Assembly: GCF_006345805.1 (NCBI RefSeq)
Contig: NC_043015.1
Location: forward strand, 48,112,001 to 48,176,000
Reading direction: 5' to 3'
Source of the DNA: Octopus sinensis
Lineage: Eukaryota
Length of the DNA: 64,000 nt
Of the stretch, positions 34,195 through 48,069 are shown one piece after another; the first letter of the stretch is position 1; each line of letters opens with the position of its first letter. A program made the translations under genes and the position numbers. The notes under the pieces were generated by a model, which saw only the letters and a program-made list of their open reading frames with translations, made no database searches and had not been told where the DNA came from.

Positions 34195-35720
34195 CATCAT
34201 TATCATTTAACATCCCTGTTCCATGATGGCGTGGGTTAGACGGATTGACAGGATCCAACAGGCCTAAGCACTGAAATTCTGCACCAATGTCTACTTCAGC
34301 ATGATTTCACGGGTGGATTCCCTTCCTAATACAACCACTTTACACCATGTACTGTGTGCTTTATATTTTGTGCCACCAACACCAGTGAGGTTGCCATGCA
34401 GCTTGCAAAATGACAAACCCTAAGAGAAGTAACTTTATGCAAGGAGGTCAGAGAAGAGGCCAGAGCAGGACAGGTTCCTTGCTGTGGAGGGACCCAGATG
34501 GTTACTCACATTTTAGAAGACGATAGGGGTGGAGTGGAGAAAAGATTAAAAATAGCGATAATGAGGCATCTGTGGGACCTTCAAAGTTGGAAGTGAATAG
34601 AAGTGAATGGGGACAGAAGAGCAGAGAGTGTGAGTGGATAGAGGATGCAAGAATGTATGAGATTGAGAGATAGGGAATAGGTGAGGAGGTGAATATAAGA
34701 AAGGAGGAACAAGTGTTGGGTGATAAGTAGGGGGTGAGGAAGAGCAGGTGACAACTGTTGAGATTGAATAGGGTTGAATGGTGGATAAGAGGTGGGGGTG
34801 TAGAGTAACAGAATAGCAATAGTAGTACAGTAGACAGGGGAAAGGTGAGAGAGAGAGATGATGGTTGGGTAATTTGCAGGGGGCAGGGCGGATTTATGGT
34901 GGGAGAGGTGAAATGATTTAGTGACTCAGGGGAAAAGAGCAGTGTAAAAATGTGGATGGTGAGAAAAGTATTGAGGAAGAGGAATGGATACCAAGTGAAA
35001 TAGTTCTGAGTTGTGAGAAAGATTAATGGTATGAAAGAAAAACTGCAGTTAGAGAGATGATGGGTGATGGGGGTTTCTTGAGAAGGAATTTGGACAAAGG
35101 ACCTAGTTGTGCATAAACACACACACACACACACAAATGCAGCACTTCAAGAACTTAGTTTCAATGAGTTGGGCAGGTCTTCTCAAGAACCATGCATCAC
35201 CAGTTATCCTGGTACCTTGTCATCTCCTCTAAGAGGCTCCAGGTCCTGAGAGCACCCATCATCACTTCAATTCCAGTCTTCTCAGGTCTCCCTCTTCTGC
35301 AAGCTCCATCTACATTAAATGATCAGCTCCTCTTTATGTAGCTGTCCTCATCCAAATGCATTACATGGTCTTAGCAGTGCAGTTTCCTTTCTTGCACACT
35401 ACATTCGATTCCCCCTCGTGCATAATTTTCTCTCAGCACATTTGTATGATGTCGTTCATGCGTGCTTACTTTGCACATCCAACAGAGCATGCTTGCTTCA
35501 TTTCCTTCAAGTCTTTGCAAGTCATCTGCATTCAGGGTCCGGGTCTCATTATCATACAGCATCATTGCTCTCACACAAGCGTCATACACTCTGCCCTTAG
35601 CTCCAAGGAAAGGGACCTTCGTTGTCAGCAGTGGTAGAAGCTCCCTGAAATTTTTCAAACCTGTTTTTATGCTGACTACTATAAGTATCACCCAACATAC
35701 AATTGCTGAAAGAATGGTCA
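34195..35720 (-). mobile_element. 5'-truncated RTE-clade LINE (decayed reverse-transcriptase C-terminus, 3' UTR and (GAT)n tail)
   Basis: Minus-strand ORF 35371-35721 (FRELLPLLT...KGRVYDACVRAMMLYDNET...LQRLE...MLCWMCKVS) fits the RTE RT C-terminal pattern (LY.SETW...RLE....LRW). It continues into a pyrimidine-rich UTR and a family C end. Confidence 0.75.
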
Positions 35721-38700
35721 CAAAAGTAAAAAAATAAGTTTAAAAGTAAATGTTCTATTAATGCATATTTAACACATTAACCATCACAAGTACCATTGGT
35801 AGTTCTTCACCAACTTTACACAACTACCACATGTACCACCAGTGGTGCATTTCTATAATTTGAGAAAATATTTTATTCTGTATCTTGACATGGTTTTGAG
35901 GATATTTGAATAACTTGAGTGCCAAATATTGGGCTGTGGTGGTTAACATGTTAAGCAGTATGATTTTGAGTTATGGAACAATTCCTCAGTTAGTCCAAAA
36001 TTCTGAGTATATCTATTTTGAGTTATCAGGAGAAATATCATTCAGTAACACTGTCTTATAATACAGCAGTCCAGTTTGGTATCAAGGCAGATGAAATTAT
36101 GAACTACTACAAACTAGATTTTAGATCTAAAGCAGGAAAAACAAATCTGTGTTTCTTGAGGACTAACAGAGTATATTATCTCGTGTGGATCAAATAAACA
36201 ATTGGCCAGCCTCGCCTGGCCTCCGTGCCGGTGGCACATAAAAAGCACCATCCAATCGTGGCCGTTTACCAGCCTCGTCTGGCACGTAAAAAGCACCCAC
36301 TATACTCATGGAGTGGTTGGCGTTAGGAAGGGCATCCAGCTGTAGAAACATTGCCAGATCAGACTGGGCCTGGTGCAGCCTTCTGGCTTCCCAGACCCCA
36401 GTTGAACCATCCAATCCATGCCAGCATGGAAACCGGATGCTAAACGATGATGATGATGATAGCAAACAAAATAACGAATCAATCCCCGATGCTATGAATA
36501 TTTCAGACTCCGTAACAAACAGCTACAAAATAGTTGAGCTAGGATTTGAAACCAAATTCACAATTTTCCATGGTCAACTGTTTTAACCTTTTTGCACTCA
36601 GAGATTAATGGGAATGTGTTGACCTTTTGATCTTTTGAGGTATTCATCAGTCAAGTCTGATTAAGGATGAAGAACTCTATCGCTTTAGCTGACCTAATTC
36701 AGTTATCAGCAAGTTATAAAATTTCAAACCAAATAGTTTTCAGCCTCTTTGGTTGCTGTCTATGATCAATGAGGTATTCCCAGTACCAATGGAGAGGAAA
36801 GGGACAAGATGCTGCATATACCCTCCACTTCACAATACAACCCTTTCTCTTTCCCTCTCTCTGGTAGACACAGAGTTGAAACTAACAACTATCAAACACA
36901 ACTGAACCAAAGACAGATATTTTACTGCATCTACAAACAACATGTATACAAACAACTCGATGAGTTTGTGCATTTTATATACTGTAACAACAATAATTAT
37001 ATAATAAATAAAAGGTCATTTTAATAAGAAATTAAATATTGTTCTTCAATCATTTACACAAAAGATCTTTGTCAATATAACTGCAAAACTTCTCTGTTAC
37101 AATTGGAAATCATTATAATCATTATAACTATCTATAAAGATTATTGCAACTATTACTGGATACAGCTTTAAATAATGGAAGGAATTAAAGGAGATGTAAT
37201 GCAATTCTATTGCATGAGCTTTGCGTTTGCAAGGGATTGCATCTATTAATGGAGTTGGAGAGTGTTGCAATGTATTGCCATATTTCTTCTAGTTTTCTCA
37301 ACTCTGAATTCAAATCCCACTGAAGCCAACTTTGCTTTTCATCCTTTCGGGGTTAACAATTAAAGAACCAATCCAATGGCAGTGGTTCAACAGAATTTGT
37401 AGAGCATCAGATAAGACACGTAATACTATCTGCTTCTGGTTCATTGTCTTGATGACAATTCCTGCAATGACACTGGTGCCAAGCTGTACCAGTCCTTGTT
37501 TTCCATAATAAATCTTGTCCAATTTTGTACCATGGACAGGAACTCTTCCAGGCATAGATCCCATGAACTGAGGATGAATTCCTTCACGTGTTTGATGAAA
37601 CAATTGACAAAACCTCATTTGGATAAATACTGTATTTGGATTAAACATTGTACAACAAGACAACATCAAATGATACTTTAAAACATTTAACAAGACATTT
37701 TCTTCACTAATTCTTTTTGGAACATATTTCTCCCTACATCCAGAAATCTCTTATGCATTAAATATTAATATTAAACACTAACTGTTAAAGCCACCTCAAT
37801 TTTTTTATCAGTCTTTATTTTTATGACCATACTCTTTTGGTGCAGACATTACACAAGTAGTTTGTCTTATTTAATAAATATTTCAATCAGCTAGTTGTTA
37901 TAAATAATTGTGGGAGGGAGATATAAAGATTGTTGAAAACCCAAATCAGTGTGTCGTCGTTTTGAGTTCTAACTATGCCAGAGCTCAATCGGTTTTTCAC
38001 TCCCTGAAGATCGTCCAAACACCTAAATACGCAACAGATAATACTTTATTTTTTTTACGATGGCTACTTAATAAGTAGTCTTTCGTTGGCATAAATATAA
38101 TCATTACACGTTGTACTTTTCCACTTCAAGGATAAGAAATTTGCTGCAGGGAACATGCGGAAACTAAAACAGACAAGGAACAGATAGATATATTGATGAA
38201 ATGGTGTGCTTAGTACCTCGAGAGTTAAAAAACGATACGTCTTTCTTTATCGGCCTCAATTCAAGAATAGAGCAAAATATAAACCATTTGAATTTTGCGC
38301 CTTAAAATTTCACCTGATTATTTTTAAAGAGCTTTGTGATGAATTGTAAACAGCAGAATGCCATAATTAAAATGTGTTGTAGCAAAGATATTTGAAATAA
38401 ACATTAAACCTCTAGGTGAAGGCGACTGGGGAATAAGGAGAGAAGAAATACTATTTATAATTAACCTCGTAGGATTTCCTCTAATGACGTAGAGGGAAGA
38501 AATATATATCAGAGGTGATAATGAACGGTAGAAGCTAGAAACAGCAAGGACGACTGCGAGTCAGTGGTCATGTGTATCTATTTAGTTCAATAACCTGTTA
38601 GAGGATCATTAATTAAACTATCAATATAACAGAAAGAACAGATTTCTCACCACCACACTCAGTATGTATAGAGGCAATAATAATAATAATAAATAATAGT

Positions 38701-39619
38701 TTAAACGAAACTATGCCGTTTATTTGCTGTACTGCATCTCATTTCAATAAAAATAGTGATTTGATGCGCATTTTAAAATTATGAATCATAAACTTCAATG
38801 CAATGCTATAATCTTTGTGATTTGTGTATGTACACTTCCAATGTTTTGACTTTCTCTCAATGTTACTTTAAAGTATATATATTGCCTAACTGACCCCTAT
38901 TGCACAATATATAGATCAAGGTCCGCTATTGTGTAATTCCTGTAACATTATATATTCTGTAGAGAACATTAACCTGCGTAGAAAAACAAAAGATAATTAT
39001 TTGTATTTTAAGTATGGATATTTCCTAAGCTATATGTATTAATTAGACATAGTTCTGTTATGTTGTGAAGCCCATGAATTCCCTTAAAATAATATTCTAA
39101 CAAACAACGCAAATTCCTAAAGCCTTTGTTTAGATGGTTTGAGAAATAAATAATGGAAAGATTTGATGCCGACGCATTCATAATAATGAAAGGGTGTTCA
39201 GACAACTGTAATAATTAAAACCGTTTTTATCAATGACAACATTAAACAGGAGGGTGAACTGTAATAAAAATTATTGATTGTACAAGAAAACTGCAGAAAA
39301 ATAAAGAATATAACAGGAAGACCAGCGGTTCGAGTGAAGTTGTTATCGTTAATTTATCAGCATCAAAGGTAAATTTAGATAAAGAAGCATGATTTACATA
39401 AAAGCCATACATGGTTTAGATAAAAAAAAAAAAAAACATACATGGTGTAGATAAATAATGCATGACTGGGATAAAGAATAAATCGTTACGAGTCGGTTAT
39501 CAGAGATTTGACAATTTGACTGTCATCTTCGTTTTGTCATTGACAGTCACAGACATTGGAGACAACAAAAAGGTAATTTAATACGAGTGAAAAGTAAAGA
39601 TTAGCAAGTAATTTTGTAC

Positions 39620-39669
39620 CTTAGAGTTCGCTGCGAAAGTGGCCATATCTTTGTTAGAAAGGAACTCAT
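39620..39669 (-). CDS. ME1/ME3-like: Candidate proximal first coding exon: MSSFLTKIWPLSQRTL(R), mitochondrial-presequence-like
   Basis: accATG context; donor AG|gtacaa in phase 2, matching exon 2; lies in non-repetitive, CpG-richer sequence. Confidence 0.7.
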
Positions 39670-41069
39670 GGTATCAGCTGTAATAGATTTTTATATACCT
39701 GGAGCTGCCTGGCTGCGAAGAGAAGTCGAAAGCACGTTGGCCTTCCACACAAAACACTATGCCACACTAATTCTCCTCCTCCTCCTCCTCCTTCTTTCCT
39801 ACATGCCACTCTAAATCTCTTCCTCTTTCTTCTCCCCACTTATGCCTGACTAAATCTTCTCTTCTTCCTTCATGTCACATGACTACTGCTGCCGTCACCA
39901 CCACCACCATCATCATCATCACCAGTGGCAGTATCTTCTCTGTTTTTCTCCATCGTTTAATAATGTTTCATATTTCCCATGCATTATCTCCAACATTTTG
40001 TGTCCCCTAATTACATAACAATCATCTTACATAATATATTCTCACAATGTATAATCTGTTAATGTGTTTTACTTGTTTGACTGGTCAAACGACATACCAT
40101 CTCTACATGGTCAGTCAAATCTCAAATAATACATCGCAGTCTTAAAAAAAGAAACAAACAATAAGTTGGATAATGCAGTACTAGATAAAAAAATAAAAAG
40201 ACGAGATGGTCATGCTTGGAATGTCTTTGGTCATGTGTCTGCTTAGTCCGCTTGTCTAGGACTCAACAGCAACAACTATACTCTCACAGTAGCAGCGAGA
40301 GAAAGTTTGGGCGTCCCTGTACAATAGAGTCGGAAATTATCTGAAGCAGAAAAAAATCAATTTCTTCAATGTTTTAAGGATTGTGGATTACGATTCTGCA
40401 AAATAAATAAATTAAATAAAAGTTTGGTGCGGAAGATATTTTTCAGTTTTGGCATTTTCAATTTTTTTTTGTTTTTTTCCACTTGTTTCAGTTATTGAAC
40501 TGGTACCATACAGGTGCACTGACTTGAAGGGTTTTATTCGAACAAATCAACGCCAGTACTTATTTGTTTAAAGTCTGATAATTATTCTATCGGACTCTTT
40601 TTGTTGAACCGCTAAGTTACGTGGCGAAAACAAACCAATACCAGTTGCCAAGAGGTGGTGGTGGACACACGTGTGTGTGTATGACGGTTTTTTTTGTTTT
40701 TTTTTTAGTTTCCGTCTACCAAATACACTCACAAGGCTTTGTTCGAACCGGGTCTATAGTAGAAGACACTTGCCGAAGGTTGGAAATCAATGATAAAGAG
40801 ATTAAATCATAAAATGTGGTTGATCTATTTTACTTCAATGTTTCCCCCCCCCTTTTAATTATTAAAATAAACTTTTTCATCGTAAGAGATTGGAAGAAGA
40901 AAAACAACAAATTTGGTCTTCAACACGAGTACACACACATCACACATAGCTATACATACCTATACATACCATATGCAGGTAGACATGAACACAGTGACAG
41001 ATAACGCCTGTCACTTTCAGTTTGCAGTTTGTTGCCCTTGAACTGCCAAATAATAATAATAATAATAAT

Positions 41070-41620
41070 GCCCTGGTGCAGTACTAGGCAGTGGCTCTCA
41101 TGGCTTTTGATCTTAACTGATTGGAAGGGTTATCATGTACATGTTTTGTCTTAGTATAAAAGAAGGGCTACAGCATATATTCTGCTCAATACCACAGATT
41201 TACTTGTCAGTTGCCTGACCTTAACCAGTTGAGCATGGCCCTTAGTGACTGACGATATGTGCATCTCTGATCACAAGCTGAAGTAGTGGGGAGCATCATA
41301 GCCATGTGTTGAGAAGAATTCTTTGGGGTTTGGATAATTCATCATTGGAAACATGGGTGTTTCTTTCAACATCCTTAAACAAGCCCGATTCAGATCTTTT
41401 GAGTGGGATGGGCTACTCGACCTGAAGAAAATTCTAACTGGGCCCCACCTGCAAGGTCATGTGCTGTTTATCTTGATATGAGATCACCATGTCATGCACA
41501 TACGGTTGTGAAGCATGTGCCTAGTGCACCCTTATCAGACGGGTAGTGATGATAGGTATAGTGGGCTTCGCATATTTGTACCCCAGTGTCACTTTGATGG
41601 TATGCACTGCTCTCTCACTC
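41070..41620. mobile_element. Unclassified ~550-bp interspersed element between (AAT)n tracts
   Basis: GC-richer block bounded by (AAT)n at 41049-41069 and 41621-41632. Confidence 0.4.
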
Positions 41621-44600
41621 AATAATAATAATCCTTTCTACAAAAAGCAGAGGGCTTGAAATTTGGGGAAAGGGGACTGGTTGATTATATTGATCCTCAG
41701 TATTTCTCTGGTACTTATTTTATCAACCCCAAAAGGATGAAAGGTAAAGTTGACCTTGGTGGAATTTGAACTCAGAACGTAGCAATAGGTAAAATACCAC
41801 TAAACATTTCATCCAGCATGCTAATGATTCTGCCGGCTCACCACTGCTGAGACTCCCTTCGGTCATGACTGACCATGGGATTACACCTAGAAAGTTACCC
41901 TCCCGGGAACAAGTCCAAGCAAGGTTGTTTATGGAAGACCAGCAATCGCTCATGAATACCAGCCTCCCCTCTCCAGGCCACCAGTGTTATCCAATGGATA
42001 ACATCACAACTTATTTCTACAGCTGAGTGAACTAGAGCAACGTAAAATAAAGTGTCTTGCTCAAGACCACAACATGCAGCCTGGTCCGAGATTCAAACTC
42101 ACAACCTCATGATTGTAAGCTCGACGCTCTAACCACTGAGCCATGCGCCTACTACTACTAATAATAATAATATGTACAAAGATGAAGGCAGTGAACTAAC
42201 AGAACTGTTAGCACACTGGGCAAAATCTTAGTGGTGTTTTTTCCATCTTTATGTTCTGAGTTCAAATTTTGCCTAAGTCAACTTTGCCTTTCATTCTTTC
42301 GGAGTCAATAAAATAAGTACCAGTTGAGCACTGGGGTCAATTAATCAATTTACCCCCTACTCCAAAATTGCTGGCCATGGGCCAAATTTTGAAACCAATA
42401 TGTACAGAGATGAAAATGTTGGGGGAAAAAAATCTTGTCCAAGATACCACGGAACAAGATTGAACCCAAGACCTCATGATTATGAGGTAAATTTCATGAC
42501 TCAGTCATACTCACGTCAACAAGCAAAAACATCTTGTCATAATGTCTGCCAGAAATATTGTGTGAATTGTGTTAACTTTATTTTCAATCTTACAAAGTGT
42601 TTCCTCGTCTCAAAAATGACACTCCCAGATTCCCAAATGCCTCGTCTTTTTTAATGATTCGACAAATATAGGAAAAAATCTAACACAGACATGGAATCAT
42701 GATAATGATTCTACTAATATATATATATTGATATACATTGTTATATTCATTTGTGTTTTAGTCCTGTTTTTTTTTTGTTTTCTTTCTTCACTTCATCACA
42801 TTTTTATAACCCAGTCACTACACCTTCTGTTCTAGAATATTCACTATAATATTTTGATACAGAATGGTACTACTATTGTGCTTGAAAGTTTATAACTCCC
42901 TAAAACTTCTTTTTAGCTTTATAGAATGAGCTTTATGTAAAAAGTTAATAAAGCATGTATAAAATTATAAATGATAAATAAATATAAGTGCTTATGTGTA
43001 TTAAATGTCCAGCATGATTCTGTCATGAAACAACTGACAATATCAGATAAAACCCTTGTCCAGTGGGTTTGTGATGATCATGTGTCCAAGTGTTATATTC
43101 TAAACTATATAAATGTTATGTTTACATTATCATAAGAGACAGTGTTGGTTAAAACTCTAGTCCTGTTCTAGAGTAGAATATAAAAATAAAACATAATGCT
43201 ATTGATAAACCAGTAATTTAATATTTCAGCTAGCAGCCAAGAAAGTTTTAACTATACAATATCAGTGAATTTCTAAGCAATGAGTTTTGTGGATAGTTAT
43301 GGAAAGTGCTCAGTTGCTAACAAAAACTCCAAACAAAGTGGATATATATCAATATACAGCTCTTCCTTCTTTTTTGGTCTAAAAACGCATTGTAAATACA
43401 GATGTACTGTTTACATTTGTCAGAATATACAGTGTTGGCAAAAATCTATAGATATAGCAACAAAACAATTCAGTAGTTTCATCTTAATTACGGCATGGAA
43501 GTGAAGACATATTTAGAACCTTTAACAAACAAATTCAAGTTGGGTCCTACTTTATAGTAGGACCCCAACTTTATAGCAAAATAAGTTGAAGTTAAAATTG
43601 AAAGAAGCAAAACTGAAAAGTAAGAAGTAATGAGAATAAAATTGAAGAAAATAAAAGCAATAGAAAGGGAAAAAAAATTGTTCATGAAACTGGAAAAAAT
43701 ATATAATTGAATTGAAAATTTAAATTTCATTTATGCAACAAATTAAATTTGCAAACATATATGGTCACTTGCTGAGCTTTATCCTTTGCATTTGTTCATG
43801 GATAGGTGGAAACAAGATATCGTTTTGTCCCCACTCAACCTATTGCTAGGAATACTTCTATCAAGTGTTGTAGGATCTTTTCCTTTAGATAGACAGATGC
43901 AGCAAATGATTTGAGCTCAAATACTGGCGATTCATTGGTTAAAATTCGAAGAATTAAACTACGTTAAACTTACAAATTACAAATTCATCAAAAAAGCCAA
44001 GTGAAAATAATGTTTTCTTTTGACACATTCTACCAGTATATGAAGTTTCAAATTGTGTAGTTAACTAGAAATTGGGTTGAATTCTGTCTATCTAAAGGAA
44101 AAGATCCAGTGTTGTATTACAGTTGTGTTATGTAAAACTCAATCAGATCTCATTTGCAGTTATTATAAGCATGACTGCATGAGAACATGGCATCATTCAC
44201 AAAGTTTATTCAATCTTTGTTTCCATTTTCTTTCTCTTTCTATTTGACATTTATCTCTTTGTCTTCTCATTACTATTTTTCTAATTACAACTTGTTTTCA
44301 CTTATTTCTATGAATAGAGGTATGTTGATGCAAACAGGAAAAATAGAATTCAAAATAAGAAAATATGTATATTTTTATTAATATTTGGTAGAAGTAACAA
44401 AGGGATTCAAGGTCAGAGAATTTCAAACCTTGAGTCACTCTGTAGCTGCTGCTAAATATTAATCCTTTCTTTACCATATTTAATTGAGATGCTCTGTTTC
44501 TTTCAATTAATTTTAAATATAAACAAAGAATTTAGTAAAATAACTTAGTTACCATTAAGCTAGTGTTAAGAGCATAAATCGTGACTAAAGTTTGGTGGAA

Positions 44601-44861
44601 GATTTTAATTCAGAACTTATGAAAACAAAACATTTGTACTACAGAGCCAGAGACGGTTTCAGCCAGGTTGGTATCGAAATGGTTAATAAAACAAGAGCAC
44701 AAACCTCTGTCAAGGCAACACCAATGTCTTCTCAATGGTTAGCCAGAGATGATTTTTAAAATGAGAATATCTGAAATAAACCTGACTGCTCTCACAAACG
44801 AGAATACTAAAAATGAACCTGACCACTCCCAAAAATTAAGTTAAAAAAAACAGGAAAAATA

Positions 44862-45048
44862 ATCCAGAATCCTTGTCCGGTACCGGATCAATCCCAAAAT
44901 CTAATCAGTTTGTGCCAGTCACGAGGACAAACATCCCTGAAAGTTTCATCCGAATCCATCCAGCAGTTCTTGAGATATCTTTGTCCATGGACAAACAAAC
45001 AAACGTGACTGAAAATAATACCACTGCCTTCACTAAAGCAGAAGTAAT
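44862..45048 (+). mobile_element. Helentron/HINE-like 3' segment
   Basis: ccaaaatctaatcag...aaagtttcatccgaatccatccagcagttcttgaga...(caaa)n...terminal hairpin ctgccttcactaaagcag followed by aagtaat. Confidence 0.45.
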
Positions 45049-45966
45049 AAAAGTGTGTATGCACACACACACACACACACACACACATTTTGTGTATATG
45101 TATAAATACATACATTATGATTTCACTTATGTATAGTGATACTAACCAGTCGTTAGAGCTCAATATAATCATGATTTATAGCAAAGCATCAGATGCACAC
45201 GGAGTGTAATATCAATTACTGAATAACAAAAGGAGTTTCTTTGAAGTTTTCTTAACCAATTTCCTTTCTTTCCAATTTTCATCAATTCTGGTTTCATTTC
45301 ATCAATATTGCATTGTTTACTCAAGTCTGCCTGTATATAGGGTTTCGCTGAATACAAGCATAACTGTGTATAGGTTGGGTGGTGTAATAAAACATTTGCA
45401 CTAACTTCTCACTAACGTCATCAGCACTGTCTATCACCAATTCATTTGTAATCTCTCTCCTAAATGTCTGTAGCTGTGTAGCTCCTCTACAATAATTTGA
45501 CTTACCACAACCTCTTTACTCATACCTAACATAAGGACCCAGTACCTTCACACTCCTTGGGTTTGTAAACTTGTGAACTACATAGTGACCTCAATAGTTC
45601 CAGTGGCACTAAAACAGCACCCAGTATGGTCTCTAGAGTGGTTGGCATTTGGAAGGGCCTCCAGCCATAACAATCATGCCAAAGCAGACATTGGAGCATG
45701 ATGCAGCCCCTGGACTCATTGGATCTTTGTGAAACAATCCAACCAATTCCAACACAGAATATGAATGTTAAATGACGATGATGATGATGATCTAAGCCCT
45801 TTCCCCATCCTTATTTAACCCTTTGGCATTTAATGCAGCCATATCCAACCTAAATATTCTGTTTTATATTAAAACTGACGATATCCAACTTCTCGCACCT
45901 ATCCTTCAATGTCATTCTAAAATAAACAGTCACATTATTGAAATCTTGCTTCACAGTAAATATTCC

Positions 45967-46000
<34 letters not shown>

Positions 46001-46384
46001 TATGATGGGCTTCTTTCAGTTTTTGTCTACCAAATCCACTCACAAAGCTTTGGTTGGCCTGAGGCTTCAGTAGAAGACACTTGCCTAAGATGCCACACAA
46101 TGGGATTGAACCCTCAACCACGTGGTTGGGAAGCAAGCTTCTTATCACACAGCCATGCCTGAATTCCCTAGACAACTGACCAACAGTAGTAGTAGTAGTA
46201 ACAGGAAATGTCTAGCAGTAGTAGTAGTAGTAGTAGTAGCAAGTGCAGTAGCAACCAGGATTGTCCAGTACAGGAGAATGCAATGAGGAAGTGAGACAGA
46301 GAGGAAAAAACAACTTTAAGCAGAAACAATAGAAAGTGTTTAAAGTTAGCTTCCTAGGAAACTGGCACAATACACCTTGGAATG

Positions 46385-46630
46385 CAAACGCATGTGTGTA
46401 GGAGTGTGTATGTGTGTGTTTGTTGCTTGTACGGATGTGTGCCTGTGTGCATGTGTAAGTCTATGTGTGTGCATGTGAATGTGTGTGTATTTACAAGTAT
46501 GATTGTGTGTGTGTATGTATGTATGTGAGTGTATGTGTGTATAAGCGTGTATGTGTATATATACATATGTGCTTGCATGCAAATGTGTGAATGTATGTGT
46601 ATATGTGTGTGTATAAACATACATATATAT
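46385..46630. repeat. Degenerate (TG)/(TGTA) microsatellite
   Basis: Read directly. Confidence 0.9.
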
Positions 46631-48069
46631 TATATGCTTGGTTTCTTTCTTTTTTTCTTTTGTAGACTTGCAAAGCCATTAATTGATATCAAAAAGTCAA
46701 ACAGCCCAAAATTTTGATGTAAAAACTTGGATAAAAAATACCTAGCCATCTCACAGATAAATTATAGATAAACCTCACCATGTAAAGAGGCACCCACCCA
46801 GCACCCTCTGTAAAATGGTTGGTATTAAGAAGGGCATCCAGCCACTGGAACCATAGAGAAGCAGACAATAAAGAATGATGCAGTCTTTTGAATCAGTGAA
46901 TTTAGTTGAACCATCCAACCTTCATCAGCTTGGAAGACAGATGTTAAATAATGTTGTATGTCTATCTGTCTGTGTGTATGTATGTATGTGTTGAGGCCAG
47001 ACACTAGCATAGCTAGAGTGTGTGCCGCCCGGGGTGACCCTTCTGTTTGCCACCACCGGACCCTACAAAAAACACATATTGCATACAGCAGACCCCAAAA
47101 GTGTTGCCCCTTTAAAAGTGCCACACAAGGCGGACCACCCCTATGCCCCATCACCATCTACACTAGTGATGCCAGATGGCCTAGTGGTTAGGATGTTGTA
47201 CTCATAATTACAAGATCACGGTTTCAGTTCCTAGACAGGATTGTTATCATCATCATCATTATTATTTTATAAGGCGGTGAGCTGGCAGAATCATTAGCAT
47301 GCCGGGCAAAATGCGTACCAGTATTTCATCTGCCACTACATTCTGAGTTCAAATTCTACTGAGGTCGACTTTGCCTTTCATCCATTTTCTTTGGGGAGGG
47401 GTTGATAAATTAAGTACCAGTCAAATAATGGGGTCAATGTGATCAACTTACTCCTTCCCCATAAATTCCAGGCCCTGTGCCTATAGTAGAAAGGATTATT
47501 ATTATCATTATTATTTGGCAAAATTTCACATAAAGGCGGTGCTCCAGCATGGCCACAGTCAAATGACCGAAACAAATAAAAGAATAAAAGAATATATTTA
47601 CAATTCAAAATGGCTTCCCTTTGCTTTCACTATAGCCTTTACCCTTATGTTTGGACAAGGGGTAAATTATTATGTTTAAAAATGGGCAAATGCATAAGTG
47701 TAAGTCACACCCCGTTTATACATACAGACACGCATGTATGTAAGCATGTTTTAGAAGCACATATATATGATTCTGTTTTGTGAATTCCTAGTAAATTATT
47801 TTTATCAACAACTTAATTGTTATCATTGTTTAAAAGTTCGTTTACTGGCCAAAGTCTACTTTGGCTGATAATCAACATGAACATTAGCTGAGTAATTAAA
47901 GAACTGATATAATTAGAGCAAGTTTGTTAATGGTACCGCCAATAGATAATGCATTCATTGTTTGCTTTGGCCATGCTGGAGCACTGCCGGCAAATGTGTG
48001 TTGTCACATAGCATTAAATTCCTGCGATCTCGTCTCATAGTCAAACAGTTTGTGACACTTCTATTATTT

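Noticed and set aside
34502-35134. 210-aa minus-strand ORF
   Set aside because: Low-complexity S/L/F/P/H translation of the pyrimidine-rich RTE 3' UTR.
37310-37693. 127-aa ORF considered as a malic enzyme targeting exon
   Set aside because: Much of it is a diverged family E/B SINE sequence, and I saw no phase-2 donor giving a sensible join.
45169-45357. Protein-like 62-aa minus-strand ORF with an acceptor-like site
   Set aside because: No recognisable homology, and the phase is incompatible with the malic enzyme first exons.
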